From: an uncultured Trueperaceae bacterium
GTDB lineage: Bacteria; Deinococcota; Deinococci; Deinococcales; Trueperaceae
DNA length: 64,000 bases
NCBI GenBank assembly: GCA_963815215.1
Contig: CAWFFU010000003.1
Coordinates: forward strand, 896,001 to 960,000
Direction of reading: 5' to 3'
Under the pieces are notes generated by a model. The model ran no database searches. It was not told where the DNA came from and worked only from the letters and a program-made list of their open reading frames with translations. Position numbers and translations under genes: made by a program. Positions 9,932-20,401 of this stretch are shown piece after piece; position 1 is the stretch's first letter, and every line of letters starts with the position of its first letter.

Positions 9932-10969
9932 ATGTTCTTCAGATTGGGACAGGAGATCGGAGTCGATCTAGGGACGGCCACCGTCCTGATCTACGTCAAG
10001 GGCAAGGGCATCATGCTCCGGGAGCCCTCGGTGATCGCCATGGTCAGGGATACCGGTGATGTCAAGGCGGTCGGTGACGAGGCCTACCGGATGCTCGGCC
10101 GAACGCCCGGCAACATCGTCGCCGTCCGCCCCATGCGTGACGGCGTTATTGCGGACTACGACCTCACCGAGAAGATGCTCAAGGCGTTCGTGCGCAAGGT
10201 GATCACCGGCCCCAGTCGCCTGTTCAAGCCCCACATCATGGTGTGCGTGCCGTCGGGCGTCACCGAGGTCGAGCGCCGCGCCGTGCTGCAGGCGACGCGC
10301 GAGGTCGGCGCGCGCAAGGCCTTCCTGATCGAGGAGCCGCTGGCGGCCGCCATCGGGGCCGGCGTGGCGATCGCCGAGCCGGCAGGCTCGATGATCGTCG
10401 ATATCGGCGGCGGAACCACCGACATCGCCATCATCAGCCTCGGCGGCATCGTGGTCTCGGAGAGCCTTCGCATCGCCGGTAACGAGTTCGACGAGGCCAT
10501 CATCCGCCACATCCGTCACAAGGAGAACCTCCTCATCGGGGAACGCACCGCGGAGGAGGTCAAGATGCGCATCGGCGCCGCCGTGCTGAAGAGCTCCGAC
10601 GACAACCGGGAGCTCGACGTGCGCGGTCGCGACTTGATCAACGGCCTGCCGAAGACGATCAAGGTGACCACCGAGGACACGATCGAGGCGCTGCGGGAGC
10701 CGATCCAGAAGATCGCCGACGGCGTGCGACGGGTGCTCGAGCTGGCGCCGCCCGAGTTGGTCTCCGACGTCATCGACCGCGGCATCATCATGACGGGCGG
10801 CGGCTCGCTGCTGCGCAACTTCGACGAGCTCCTCCGGCAGACCACCGGCATCCCGGTGGTCGTGGCCGACAACGCCATCGACTCCGTGGCGCTCGGCACC
10901 GGTCAGGCGCTCGACATGATCCACGTGCTGCGCGACGCGTTGATCTCCGACAACTTCCTCCGACGTTAG
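9932..10969 (+). CDS. mreB: Rod shape-determining actin-like protein MreB
   Basis: IGVDLGTA, RPMRDGVIAD, EEPLAAAIGAG, VDIGGGTTD, TGGGSLL; RBS GGAGA. Confidence 0.97.
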   Translation: MFFRLGQEIGVDLGTATVLIYVKGKGIMLREPSVIAMVRDTGDVKAVGDEAYRMLGRTPGNIVAVRPMRDGVIADYDLTEKMLKAFVRKVITGPSRLFKPHIMVCVPSGVTEVERRAVLQATREVGARKAFLIEEPLAAAIGAGVAIAEPAGSMIVDIGGGTTDIAIISLGGIVVSESLRIAGNEFDEAIIRHIRHKENLLIGERTAEEVKMRIGAAVLKSSDDNRELDVRGRDLINGLPKTIKVTTEDTIEALREPIQKIADGVRRVLELAPPELVSDVIDRGIIMTGGGSLLRNFDELLRQTTGIPVVVADNAIDSVALGTGQALDMIHVLRDALISDNFLRR

Positions 10970-10971
10970 CG

Positions 10972-12858
10972 ATGGCGGGCCGCCGCGTGGCGTCTCGCCT
11001 CCGGAAGGCACGGTTCGCTGTGCTGCGGTCCGTGGCTGTGCTGGCGTGCGCCATCGTACTGGCTCTCCTCGCGACGCTCCCGGCGGCAGCGGCGGCGACC
11101 CCACCGGCGGCGGCGCCCGACCTCCCGCTCGCACAGGTCGGTCCCGGCATGAAGGGATACGGACTGACCGCCGGTCCGGGCAACGAGCTGGTGAGCTTCG
11201 GGGTCGAGGTGCTCTCGATCCAGTTCGACGCCGGGCCCGGCTTCCCCCTGGTGCTGGTGCGCGCGTCCGGCACCTTCATCGACGCCAGCGGCGGGGTGTC
11301 GGCGGGTATGAGCGGCAGCCCGGTGTACCTCTCCACGGCCAACGGCCCGCGACTGCTGGGCGCCATCGGCTACGTCTTCCCTTCGGCCGACCACCACCTG
11401 GCCATGGTCACGCCGATCGCAATCATGCGGCGCGCGGCCGACCACGCGGCGTTCGGCCCCGCCGACGGCCCCGTGGCAGTGGCAGGCCTGGGCCGAGCGA
11501 TCCCGGCGGCGACGCCGATCCTGTTGTCGGGCCTGGACCGCGATGCCGCCGCGCTGTTGGCGCCGCTGTTCCGCGACAAGCGCGTCACCCCCTTCCCGGC
11601 CCAGGCGTCTGGCTCGCTGCCGGCCGGCGACGACCCTTCCTACGCGCTCGTGCCCGGCAGCCCCATCAGCGTCGAGCTCGCCCGCGGAGCCGTCACCATC
11701 GGCGCGGTGGGCACGGTGACGGCGATCGACGGGGACCACGTCCTCGCCTTCGGGCACCCGCTTCTCGGCCTCGGTAACGTGGCCCTGCCGCTGGCGCCGG
11801 CGTATGTGACCGCGGTGGTGTCCAGCTCCGTGGTGCCCTTCAAGCTGGCGAACAGTGGCCAGAAGCCGCTGGGGACCATCGCGCAGGACCGTCCGGCCGC
11901 CGTTGCCGGCACGGTCGGCGCCGGGCCCCCCATGATCCCGGTGACGCTGACCGTCGACGCCCCGGCCGGCAGCACCACCTACCACGAGGAGGTCGCGGCC
12001 GACGAGCGCCTCTACCCGCAGCTCGTCGCGGCCGCCAGCCAGCAGCTCATCGCGCAGAGCCTCTCCGAGACCACCGGCGGCTACGCTCAGGTCGGCTGGG
12101 AGATCGATCTCGGGGGCGGCGATCAACTCAACCTGGTGGAGCAGGCGGACGATCCCACCGACATCGCCACCGCCACCGCGCGGCTCATCGGCAGCCCCCT
12201 GCAAGCGCTGGCGACCAACGTGTTCCGGGCGCCGGGCATCGTTGCCGTCAAGATCAACGTCCGCATCTCGAGCCACCGCAGCAGCGGCGAGATCGTCGAT
12301 GTGGTGGCCGAGAACCCCAAGGTCGACCCGGGCACCTCGGTGGTGCTCCATGTGCGGCTGCAGCCCTTCCGCCAGGAACCGCTGGTGAGGACGCTGAGCG
12401 TCAAGTTGCCCGACGGCGTCCGCGGGAAGGTGACGCTCACCGTCCGCGGCGGCGACGTGACGCCCAAGTCCGACGCCGCGCAGACGCCGGCCACGGATCG
12501 GCCGCGCTCCTTCCCAGAGTTGCTCGACGCCCTGCGCCAGAAGCCCCAGGCCAGCGAGTTGGTGGTGGAGGCGCCCGACAAGGACGGCAACGTCCGGCGC
12601 TTGGAGCGGATGGCGCTGCCGTTCGTCGTCACCGGAAGCCGCACCGTCGAGGTCACCGTCAAGGGCGGCGAGGCGCCTCCCGACGGGCAACCAGCCGGCT
12701 CGAGCGGCGGCACGAGCGGTGCGCCGAGCGCGCCCAGCCCGGCCCCGCCGAAGCTCGACCAACCGCCCGCCGGAACGCCGCCGCCCACGCCAGAAGGCCC
12801 CAAGCCCAACGGAGACGGCAACTCCGCGGCGAGCGGCATCGGAGGGGGAACGCCTTGA
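10972..12858 (+). CDS. Secreted SpoIVB-like peptidase S55 domain protein
   Basis: Signal peptide, [21 protein letters not shown]...AFGHP; Pro-rich tail. Confidence 0.8.
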   Translation: MAGRRVASRLRKARFAVLRSVAVLACAIVLALLATLPAAAAATPPAAAPDLPLAQVGPGMKGYGLTAGPGNELVSFGVEVLSIQFDAGPGFPLVLVRASGTFIDASGGVSAGMSGSPVYLSTANGPRLLGAIGYVFPSADHHLAMVTPIAIMRRAADHAAFGPADGPVAVAGLGRAIPAATPILLSGLDRDAAALLAPLFRDKRVTPFPAQASGSLPAGDDPSYALVPGSPISVELARGAVTIGAVGTVTAIDGDHVLAFGHPLLGLGNVALPLAPAYVTAVVSSSVVPFKLANSGQKPLGTIAQDRPAAVAGTVGAGPPMIPVTLTVDAPAGSTTYHEEVAADERLYPQLVAAASQQLIAQSLSETTGGYAQVGWEIDLGGGDQLNLVEQADDPTDIATATARLIGSPLQALATNVFRAPGIVAVKINVRISSHRSSGEIVDVVAENPKVDPGTSVVLHVRLQPFRQEPLVRTLSVKLPDGVRGKVTLTVRGGDVTPKSDAAQTPATDRPRSFPELLDALRQKPQASELVVEAPDKDGNVRRLERMALPFVVTGSRTVEVTVKGGEAPPDGQPAGSSGGTSGAPSAPSPAPPKLDQPPAGTPPPTPEGPKPNGDGNSAASGIGGGTP

Positions 12859-13874
12859 ACGCGCCCACGCACGACAGCGTCACGCTGGCCTCGAGCCTGC
12901 AGGGGAACCATGTGGGTCCCGCCGTGCCGGTCCGGTGGCTCGCCTCACCGGCAGGCGCCGGGCCCGGCGCCGTCGTCGTCGCCCCGGACGCGGCCGCCCT
13001 GGCGATCGCCCTGGCGGGCGCTCCGGCCGTTGTCGTGCTGCCGCACGAGCTTGCGCTCCCCGAGCCGCCCCCCTGCAGCGGCATCCGGGTCGATGACCCG
13101 CGCCTGGCGCTGGCGCAGCTCAGCGCCCTGTTCGACCGGCGACCCGCCGGGCCGGCGGGCGTGCACGCCACGGCGGTGGTCGCGGCCGACGCCTCGCTAG
13201 GCGACGACGTCGCCATCGGCCCGCACAGCGTCGTCGAGGCCGGTGCCTCGATCGCCGCGGGCACGCGCATCGGCCCCAACTGCAGCATCGGCGCCGGCGC
13301 GGTCCTGGGCCGGGACTGCCGCCTTCACGCCGGCGTGGCGCTCTACGACGGCGTTGTTTTGGGCGAGCGCGTCGAGCTTCACAGCGGCTGCGTGGTCGGG
13401 GCGGACGGCTTCGGGTATGCCGCCGGGCCCGGCGGCGCCGCCAAGATCCACCACCTCGGCAGCGTGATCATCGGCGACGACGTCGAGATCGGCGCCAACA
13501 GCTCGGTCGACCGCGGCACGCTGGACCCGACCCGCATCGGGCCGCGCAGCAAGATCGACAACCACTGCCAGCTCGGGCACAACGTGACGATCGGCAGCGA
13601 CTGCCTGATCGCCGCCATGACCGCGATCGCCGGCAGCACCCGTGTCGGGGATCGCACGATCCTCGGTGGCTACGTCGCCGTGACCGATCACGTCGCGATC
13701 GGCGCCGACGTCCGCATCGCGGGCCGAGCCGGGGTCACCAAGGACGTTCCCGACGGGGAGACGTGGGCGGGCTTCCCCGCCCAGCCTTACCGCCGCTGGG
13801 TACGCGGACTGTACTTGCAGGGCCGGCTCGAGCGCATCTGGCAGGCCGTGAAGGGGCACGATGCCCAGCCTTGA
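12855..13874 (+). CDS. lpxD: UDP-3-O-acylglucosamine N-acyltransferase
   Basis: DDPRLALA, hexapeptide repeats, [31 protein letters not shown]. Confidence 0.92.
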   Translation: MNAPTHDSVTLASSLQGNHVGPAVPVRWLASPAGAGPGAVVVAPDAAALAIALAGAPAVVVLPHELALPEPPPCSGIRVDDPRLALAQLSALFDRRPAGPAGVHATAVVAADASLGDDVAIGPHSVVEAGASIAAGTRIGPNCSIGAGAVLGRDCRLHAGVALYDGVVLGERVELHSGCVVGADGFGYAAGPGGAAKIHHLGSVIIGDDVEIGANSSVDRGTLDPTRIGPRSKIDNHCQLGHNVTIGSDCLIAAMTAIAGSTRVGDRTILGGYVAVTDHVAIGADVRIAGRAGVTKDVPDGETWAGFPAQPYRRWVRGLYLQGRLERIWQAVKGHDAQP

Positions 13875-14646
13875 GGGCACGGGCGTGCACAGTGGCGCCC
13901 TGTGCCGCGTCACGCTGCACCCCGAGGAGGGCCCGCTGCGCTTCCGGCGGCGCGGTCACGACATCCCCGCCACCCTCGACGCGGTGGTCGACAGTCGCCG
14001 CGCGACCACGCTCGGCCGCGAAGGCGAGCGCGTGGCGGTGGTCGAGCACCTGCTCGCTGCACTGGCCGTGCGGGGCTACTGGTCGGGCCTGGTCATCGAG
14101 GTCTCGGCGACGGAGATGCCCATCCTCGACGGCTCGGCGCGGGCCTGGTACGACCTGCTGAGCGAGCTGCCCCCACCGCCACCGCCCCCCGCCCCGATGC
14201 GCCCACAGCGCAACGTCTCGATCGCGTCGGGGGGCGCGCGCGCCGAGCTCGAGCCGGGGGCTGCGACGCTGTGTTACGGCATCGACTTCGAGCACCCCGC
14301 CATCGGCGAGCAGCACTGGTGCGGCGGCCCCGAGCGCTACCGGGAACTCCTCGACGCCCGCACCTTCGGGCTGCTTTCGGAGGTCGAAGCGCTGCGCGCG
14401 CAAGGTTTCGCTTCCGGCGCCAACCTCGAAAATGCTATCGTCTTTGGTGAGGAGGGCCCGCTGGTACCTTTGCGCGCGGAGAACGAGCCGGTGCGACACA
14501 AGGCCCTCGATGCCCTGGGGGATCTCTACTTGCTCGGACGACCGCTCGAAGCTCGGGTTACCTTCTGGCGAGGCTCGCACGCCTTGCACGCCGCCCTTAT
14601 GAGAGAGCTGCTACGTCCCACCACCCAGGCGGACCCCGCGCGATGA
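13861..14646 (+). CDS. lpxC: UDP-3-O-acyl-GlcNAc deacetylase
   Basis: [44 protein letters not shown] zinc motif. Confidence 0.92.
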   Translation: MPSLEGTGVHSGALCRVTLHPEEGPLRFRRRGHDIPATLDAVVDSRRATTLGREGERVAVVEHLLAALAVRGYWSGLVIEVSATEMPILDGSARAWYDLLSELPPPPPPPAPMRPQRNVSIASGGARAELEPGAATLCYGIDFEHPAIGEQHWCGGPERYRELLDARTFGLLSEVEALRAQGFASGANLENAIVFGEEGPLVPLRAENEPVRHKALDALGDLYLLGRPLEARVTFWRGSHALHAALMRELLRPTTQADPAR

Positions 14647-15608
14647 GGGCCTTGCGGGTCGCGGTCGTCGGTGCCGGCGTGATGGGCCGCTTCCACGCCA
14701 ACAACTACGCCGCCCTCCCGCACGTGGAGCTGGTCGCGGTCGCCGACCCCGACCCGGATCGGCGCGCCGAAGCGCGCGCCTCGTTCGCATGCCGGGCCTA
14801 CGGCTCGCTCGACGAGCTATTGACGGCCGAGTCGTTCGACGCCGCCAGCGTGGCGGTACCCACCAGCCTCCACTTCTCGGTGACCAAGCGCCTGCTCGAA
14901 GCGGGCGTCCACGTGCTGGTGGAGAAACCGGTGGCGACCGACGTGGCCCAGGCGCGCGAGCTGGCGACGCTGTCGCGCCGTCTCGGCCTGGTCCTGCAGG
15001 TGGGCCACATCACCCGCTTCTACCGAGCCGTCCAGTTGCTGGGCGAGCAGGTCCGGCATCCCTACCTGATCGAAGCGCGGCGCATGGTCCCTTACGCCCG
15101 CATCAAGGACGTCGGTGTGGTGCTGGACCTCATGATCCACGACCTCGACATCGTGCTCCGGTTGATCCCGGCCGCCCCCGTCGACATCAGCGTGGCGGGC
15201 CGCGCCCTCAACGGCACCCCCTTGGAGGACGTCGCGGCGGCCCAGATCACGTTCGAGGGCGGCTGCATCGCGCGCTTCCTGGCGAGCCGCGTCGCACCCG
15301 ACGCCGAGCGCAGCCTGGTCGTGGCCGAGCCGCATCAGACGATGCGGCTCGATTTCGCGAAGGAGCCGTACACCGAGATCGCCATCTACCGGCAGCCCAA
15401 TGCCAGCTCCGATACCGGCCACGTGCAACTCGATCGGCACGTCGTCCATGAGGACAACCCCTTGCGCAAGGAGCTCGAGCACTTCCTGGCGCGCATCCGT
15501 CGCGACGCCGACCCCATCGGCACGCTCGACGACGATCTCAGGTCGCTCGAGCTGGCGGCCCGCTTGCTGGAGAAGATCCGCAGCGAGCCCCACCCCGTCC
15601 CGGCCTGA
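14643..15608 (+). CDS. Gfo/Idh/MocA oxidoreductase, GnnA-like
   Basis: GAGVMG Rossmann motif, HVLVEKP, DVGVVLDLMIHDLD; lies inside the lpx cluster. Confidence 0.85.
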   Translation: MRALRVAVVGAGVMGRFHANNYAALPHVELVAVADPDPDRRAEARASFACRAYGSLDELLTAESFDAASVAVPTSLHFSVTKRLLEAGVHVLVEKPVATDVAQARELATLSRRLGLVLQVGHITRFYRAVQLLGEQVRHPYLIEARRMVPYARIKDVGVVLDLMIHDLDIVLRLIPAAPVDISVAGRALNGTPLEDVAAAQITFEGGCIARFLASRVAPDAERSLVVAEPHQTMRLDFAKEPYTEIAIYRQPNASSDTGHVQLDRHVVHEDNPLRKELEHFLARIRRDADPIGTLDDDLRSLELAARLLEKIRSEPHPVPA

Positions 15609-15689
15609 GTACGGCACTCTGGCGGGAGACGCCGGGTGCCTCCGTCCCGGACGCGAGGGCGGTGCCGGGGCCTGCGATAGACTACGCGC

Positions 15690-16112
15690 ATGACCGTGGA
15701 CGTCCGCGATATCCTCCCCCACCGCTTCCCCTTCCTGCTGGTCGACGCCTTCGTTTCCCAGGAGGGTGACGCCTTCGAATGCGTCAAGAACGTCAGCCAC
15801 GGCGAGCCCTACTTCCAGGGGCACTTCCCCGACGAGCCCGTCATGCCCGGCGTGCTCATCGTCGAGGCACTCGCCCAGGCCGCCGCCGTGGGACTGAGCG
15901 TGCGAGACGGCACGGTGGGCTCGGGGCAGACCGGCTACCTGGCGGCCATCGACGGCGCCAAGTTCCGGCGCAAGGTCGTCCCCGGCGACCGCCTGCGGCT
16001 CACGGGCGAGATCCTCATGTTCCGGCGCGGCCTGTGCAAGGTGGCCGCCAGGGCGCTGGTGGGCGATGACGTGGCCGCCGAGGCGACGCTCTCGTTCATG
16101 TACGCCCGTTGA
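15690..16112 (+). CDS. fabZ: 3-hydroxyacyl-ACP dehydratase
   Basis: LPHRFPFLLVD, FQGHFP..PVMPGVLIVEALAQ, FRRKVVPGD. Confidence 0.95.
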   Translation: MTVDVRDILPHRFPFLLVDAFVSQEGDAFECVKNVSHGEPYFQGHFPDEPVMPGVLIVEALAQAAAVGLSVRDGTVGSGQTGYLAAIDGAKFRRKVVPGDRLRLTGEILMFRRGLCKVAARALVGDDVAAEATLSFMYAR

Positions 16113-16129
16113 CGCGCGAGGGTGAAGCC

Positions 16130-16915
16130 GTGAGCGTTCCCGCCAGCGCCACCGTCCACCCGGGAGCCCACGTGCATCCGGACGCCCGCCTCGCCCCCGG
16201 CGTGAGGGTCGGGCCGGGGGCGGTCGTGGAGGGCGACGTCGAGATCGGCGACGGAAGCGAAGTGCTGGCGGGCACGGTGATCTACGACGGCAGCCGCATC
16301 GGGGCGCGCTGCCGGCTGGGTCCCTATGCCGTGATCGGCGGCCTCCCCATGGACAGCCACTTCGAGGGCGAGCCCAGCCTCGTCGTGATCGAAGACGGCG
16401 TGAGCTTGCGCGATTTCGTCACCGTGAACCGTGCCACAGGCGAGGGCGCACAGACGACGGTCGGCGCCGAGAGCCTGCTGATGAGCTACGTGCACGTGTC
16501 CCACAACACCCGCGTCGGGCGGGGCTGCGTGCTCACCACCGCGGTGCAGCTCGGCGGACACAGCGAGATCGGCGACCACGCCGTCCTCGGCTCGAACGCG
16601 CTCATCCACCAGTTCTGTCGCGTAGGCGAGTACGCCATGTTCGGCGCCGCCAGCGCCAGCAACAAGGACGTGTTGCCGTTCACCATGGCGCGCGGCAACC
16701 CTGCCCGCCACTACCGCCTCAATCGCGTGGGCCTCGGGCGCCATGGGATCGACGGCGAGCGCTACCGGGCGCTGGAGCAGGCCGTGCACGCGCTGAGGCA
16801 CCGCGACCGGGCGCGCCTCGACGAGCTCGCCCTCGGCAGTCCCGACGTACGCCGTCTGCTGGCGTTCGCCGACGCTTCCAAGCGCGGCATCGCCCGTTTC
16901 GTGGGCGGAGGCTGA
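16130..16915 (+). CDS. lpxA: Acyl-ACP--UDP-GlcNAc O-acyltransferase
   Basis: Hexapeptide repeats, VTVNRAT, MSYVHVSHN, LGGH, IHQFCRVG, LNRVGL; alternative start 16109. Confidence 0.9.
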   Translation: MSVPASATVHPGAHVHPDARLAPGVRVGPGAVVEGDVEIGDGSEVLAGTVIYDGSRIGARCRLGPYAVIGGLPMDSHFEGEPSLVVIEDGVSLRDFVTVNRATGEGAQTTVGAESLLMSYVHVSHNTRVGRGCVLTTAVQLGGHSEIGDHAVLGSNALIHQFCRVGEYAMFGAASASNKDVLPFTMARGNPARHYRLNRVGLGRHGIDGERYRALEQAVHALRHRDRARLDELALGSPDVRRLLAFADASKRGIARFVGGG

Positions 16916-16917
16916 AG

Positions 16918-18165
16918 GTGCCCGCCGAGGCCGTGCTGGTCGCAAACGGGCCCGGCGAGCTCTACACCTGGGTACGGCCGGTGCTGCGCGAGCTACGGCG
17001 GCGCGCCCCCGATCGGGGGGTGGGCATCAGCCTCATCCCCTGCCAGTTCGCCAGCGGGCACGAGACCGCCATCGCGCAGGGCTTCGGCGCCGACGTCGTG
17101 ACGTCGCCGGCGCAGTACCTGCGAGCGTCGGCCACGGGCGGTCTTCCGGCCGGGCTCGAGCGCTCGGCGGAGGGCGACGGCTCCGGCTTCGTGCTCAGCC
17201 TGGGAGGCAACGTGAGCATGGCGGTGAGCCTGGCGCGGCGGCTCGGGCGCCCCGTCTACCGCTACAGCTTCGAGCCGGGCTGGCATCGCGGCCTCAGCGC
17301 CCTGTTCGTTCCCGACGAGCGGGTCGCGCGACGGGCGCGCCGGAGCGGCGCACCGGCGCAGCGCCTGACGGTGGTCGGCAACCTGGTGGCCGACGCCGTC
17401 GAGCTCGACGCGCCTGCCGCCGATCCCGGCGCGCCCCATGTGGTGCTGTTCCCCGGCAGCCGCGACGGCTTCTCGGTGCACCTCATCCCCTTCTTCATCG
17501 CCCTGGTCGATCGGCTGGCCCAGGCACTGCCGCAGGCGCGCTTCGTGTGGCCGGTGAGCCGCCTGCTCACCGACGCCACCCTCGCCGACGGCATCGCGGG
17601 GCGCGAGGCCGCGACGCTCGGCGGCGTCGCCGGGGTGCGCGACGGCGACCGCGTGCTCACCCCCTCGGGAGCGATCATCGAGATGGTCCCGGAGGCCGAT
17701 CGCTACGCCCACATGCGCGCCGCCGATCTGGCGGTGACGATCCCGGGGACCAACACCCTGGAGCTCGGGGTCGCGGGGGTGCCCGGCGTGGTGCTGTTGC
17801 CGCTCAACCGGCCCGAAATGATCCCGCTCGAAGGAGCCGGACACTGGCTGGGCCTCGTCCCCGGTGTCGGACGGTACCTGAAGCGTTACGCGGTCCGGCT
17901 GTGGGTCGAAGGCCTGTCGACTCCGGTCTCGCTTCCCAACCGTTTCACCGGCGAGGACCTGATGCTGGAGCTCAGCGGACGCCTCGACGCCGATGCCGTG
18001 GCCGACCGCACGCTCGCGTTGTGGCGCGACCCGGCCGATCGGGAGCGGCGCAGGCAGCGCCTGCGGGCCACCATGCCGCGGCCCGGCGCGGCGGCGGCGC
18101 TGCTCGACGCCATCGACGCCGACCTCGGCATCACCCGCCGCCACTCCGGGACCGCCGCACCGTGA
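16918..18165 (+). CDS. lpxB: Lipid-A-disaccharide synthase-like glycosyltransferase (NGPGE type)
   Basis: ANGPGEL..WVRP, VGNLVAD, LFPGSR, TIPGTNTLELG, SLPN; follows lpxA. Confidence 0.75.
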   Translation: MPAEAVLVANGPGELYTWVRPVLRELRRRAPDRGVGISLIPCQFASGHETAIAQGFGADVVTSPAQYLRASATGGLPAGLERSAEGDGSGFVLSLGGNVSMAVSLARRLGRPVYRYSFEPGWHRGLSALFVPDERVARRARRSGAPAQRLTVVGNLVADAVELDAPAADPGAPHVVLFPGSRDGFSVHLIPFFIALVDRLAQALPQARFVWPVSRLLTDATLADGIAGREAATLGGVAGVRDGDRVLTPSGAIIEMVPEADRYAHMRAADLAVTIPGTNTLELGVAGVPGVVLLPLNRPEMIPLEGAGHWLGLVPGVGRYLKRYAVRLWVEGLSTPVSLPNRFTGEDLMLELSGRLDADAVADRTLALWRDPADRERRRQRLRATMPRPGAAAALLDAIDADLGITRRHSGTAAP

Positions 18166-19862
18166 AGCGCGCGGGTGCGGGCCCTGCGCGGCCGCATGAT
18201 CTGCCCTCGTTGCTGTTGCCGACGAAGCCGCGCGCGATCGTCGGGATGGGCGCCGCCCTCGTCGGATCGGTACTGCGCGTGGCCATCGTCCCCGTGTTCG
18301 TCACTCCCATCTTCGATCAGGTCGTGAATCGGCAGGACCTGTCCCATCTGCCCTCGATCCTGGTGACCGCAGGTGCGGTGGCGCTCACCGGGGCCCTGGC
18401 TCTGTGGGCCCAGGACGCCCTCCTGGGGCGCTCCGCCGCGACCGTCACCCGGACCTGGCGCAGCGGTCTGTACCGCCGCCTGTTGCAGCGACCGCCCGGC
18501 ACCCTGCCCGGCAGCAGCGGCGGCCTCGCGAGCCGGATCCTGACGGACCTGCGAGAGATCGAGACGTACTTCCGCTTCGGAATCGGAACGCTGGTGGCCG
18601 AGTCCGGCACGGTCCTGGCCATCCTGGCCTACCTGTTCGGCACCAACATCGTGGCATCGACGATGCTGGTCGGTTTCGGGCTGCCGACGCTGCTGGCGCT
18701 GCGCTGGATCGGCGGCGCGCTGGAGCACGTGGCGGAGCGCTCGCAGGTGGGCACCGAAGCGCTGGGGCGCCACATCCAGGAAGGGCTCAAGCACCATGAG
18801 ACGGTACGCGCGTTCGATGCCGCGCCGATGATGTTGGAGCGCTTCGAACCGGAGAACCGTCGTACCGCCCGCGCCATGGCTCAACGGAGCCTCATCTCCG
18901 GGGCCCAGATCCCCATCACCCAGGTGCTGCTGTTCGCGGCGGTGGGTCTCCTCGTCGTCCTCCTGGCCGGCAGCGTTGAGCGCGGGGCGATGTCCGCGGG
19001 GCAGCTGGTCTCGTTCGTCACGCTGGTGGCCCTGCTGTCCACGCCGGCGCAGCTCCTCCCCAAGGGCTACGCCCTGTTGCGCGAGGCCCAGGCCGCCGCC
19101 AAGCGGCTCCGCACGCTCGCCGGCTCCGATGCCCCACGCCCGGCGACGGCCGACCGGCCCTGCGCCGGTCCCGCCCGCGGCCACGGGCTCGAGCTCGCTG
19201 AGGTCTCGTTCGCGTACCCCGACGGGCCGTGGGTCCTGACCGGGATCGAGGCGAGCCTTCCCGAGCACGGGCTCGTCGTCATCACCGGCGAGAGCGGGGC
19301 GGGCAAGACCACCCTGCTGCGGCTCCTGCTGGGGTTCCTACAGCCCGTTCGAGGCTGCATCTGGCTCGACGGCGAAGCGCTCGACGCGCTGCCCGAGAGC
19401 GTGCTCCGATCGCGCGTCAGCTACGTCCCGCAGGCGCATGAGGTGCTCTCCGGCCCCCTGCGCCAGAGCCTCCTCATGGGCCGCGTCCTCCCCGACGATC
19501 GGCTATGGCAGGCCTTGGAGGCGGTCGGGCTGGAGGAGATGGTGCGACGCCTGGCTCGCGGCCTCGATCACGAGCTGGCCGAGGACGGGGCAGGTCTGTC
19601 GGGCGGTCAGCGGCAACGGCTGGCCCTGGCCCGGGCTCTCCTCACGCAACCGCGGGTGCTGCTCCTGGACGAGCCCACCTCGAGTCTCGACGAGGCGAGC
19701 GAAGCCGGATTGGTGGAGATGCTGCGGGCACAGGCGCAGCGGCGACTGGTGGTCGCGGTCGCGCATCGCCCAGCCCTCGTACGCGCCGCGGACCACACCT
19801 TCCATCTGAGCGGCGGCGCCCTGGTGCGGCTGCCCGCTCAGGACGCGGAGATGCGCCGCTGA
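18162..19862 (+). CDS. ABC exporter, fused TM and ATPase domains (MsbA-like)
   Basis: N-terminal TM domain, GESGAGKTT, LSGGQRQR, LLLDEPT, VAHR. Confidence 0.88.
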   Translation: MKRAGAGPARPHDLPSLLLPTKPRAIVGMGAALVGSVLRVAIVPVFVTPIFDQVVNRQDLSHLPSILVTAGAVALTGALALWAQDALLGRSAATVTRTWRSGLYRRLLQRPPGTLPGSSGGLASRILTDLREIETYFRFGIGTLVAESGTVLAILAYLFGTNIVASTMLVGFGLPTLLALRWIGGALEHVAERSQVGTEALGRHIQEGLKHHETVRAFDAAPMMLERFEPENRRTARAMAQRSLISGAQIPITQVLLFAAVGLLVVLLAGSVERGAMSAGQLVSFVTLVALLSTPAQLLPKGYALLREAQAAAKRLRTLAGSDAPRPATADRPCAGPARGHGLELAEVSFAYPDGPWVLTGIEASLPEHGLVVITGESGAGKTTLLRLLLGFLQPVRGCIWLDGEALDALPESVLRSRVSYVPQAHEVLSGPLRQSLLMGRVLPDDRLWQALEAVGLEEMVRRLARGLDHELAEDGAGLSGGQRQRLALARALLTQPRVLLLDEPTSSLDEASEAGLVEMLRAQAQRRLVVAVAHRPALVRAADHTFHLSGGALVRLPAQDAEMRR

Positions 19863-20401
19863 AGCGTCAGCTCGGGCCAGCGCACCAGCCACGCCTCCGG
19901 CATCCGCAGATCGCGCCACAGCTCATAGGCATCGAGGCCGCTCGGACTCGCAACCAGTAGGCTCATGACCTTGCCGTGCGCGACCACGGCGGGGCGCTCG
20001 CCCGGGTTGCGCTCCAGGGCGGTCTGCAGGCCCGCCCTGAAGCGCTCGCGGGCTTCCGTCGCCGTCTCGCTGCCGAACACCAGCACGTCGGGGTAGCGGA
20101 AGAAGCGCCGCACCGTGCCCTGCCATGCCTCCTCGCCGAGCACAGGAAGGTTCCCCCGCTCGTGCTCGTGCAGACGCGGAACCGAAGCGAACGGTAGTTC
20201 CAGGTGACGGGCCAGATCGCGCCCGGTGGCGACGGCCTTGGGTTCGGTGCTGGCCACCACCAGATCGAGATCGAGCGGCGCCAGTCGGTTCGCCAGCGTC
20301 CGGATGGTCTCCCCCGCCCCCTCCACGAGCCGCCACTGGGAGGCGGGGACATCGGCCCGCAGCCGCGAGGGAGCATGGCGAACCAGCACCAGCTCCGTCA
20401 T
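19838..20401 (-). CDS. Histidine phosphatase family protein
   Basis: LVLVRHA and VVAHG motifs. Confidence 0.85.
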   Translation of the reverse strand: MTELVLVRHAPSRLRADVPASQWRLVEGAGETIRTLANRLAPLDLDLVVASTEPKAVATGRDLARHLELPFASVPRLHEHERGNLPVLGEEAWQGTVRRFFRYPDVLVFGSETATEARERFRAGLQTALERNPGERPAVVAHGKVMSLLVASPSGLDAYELWRDLRMPEAWLVRWPELTLQRRISAS

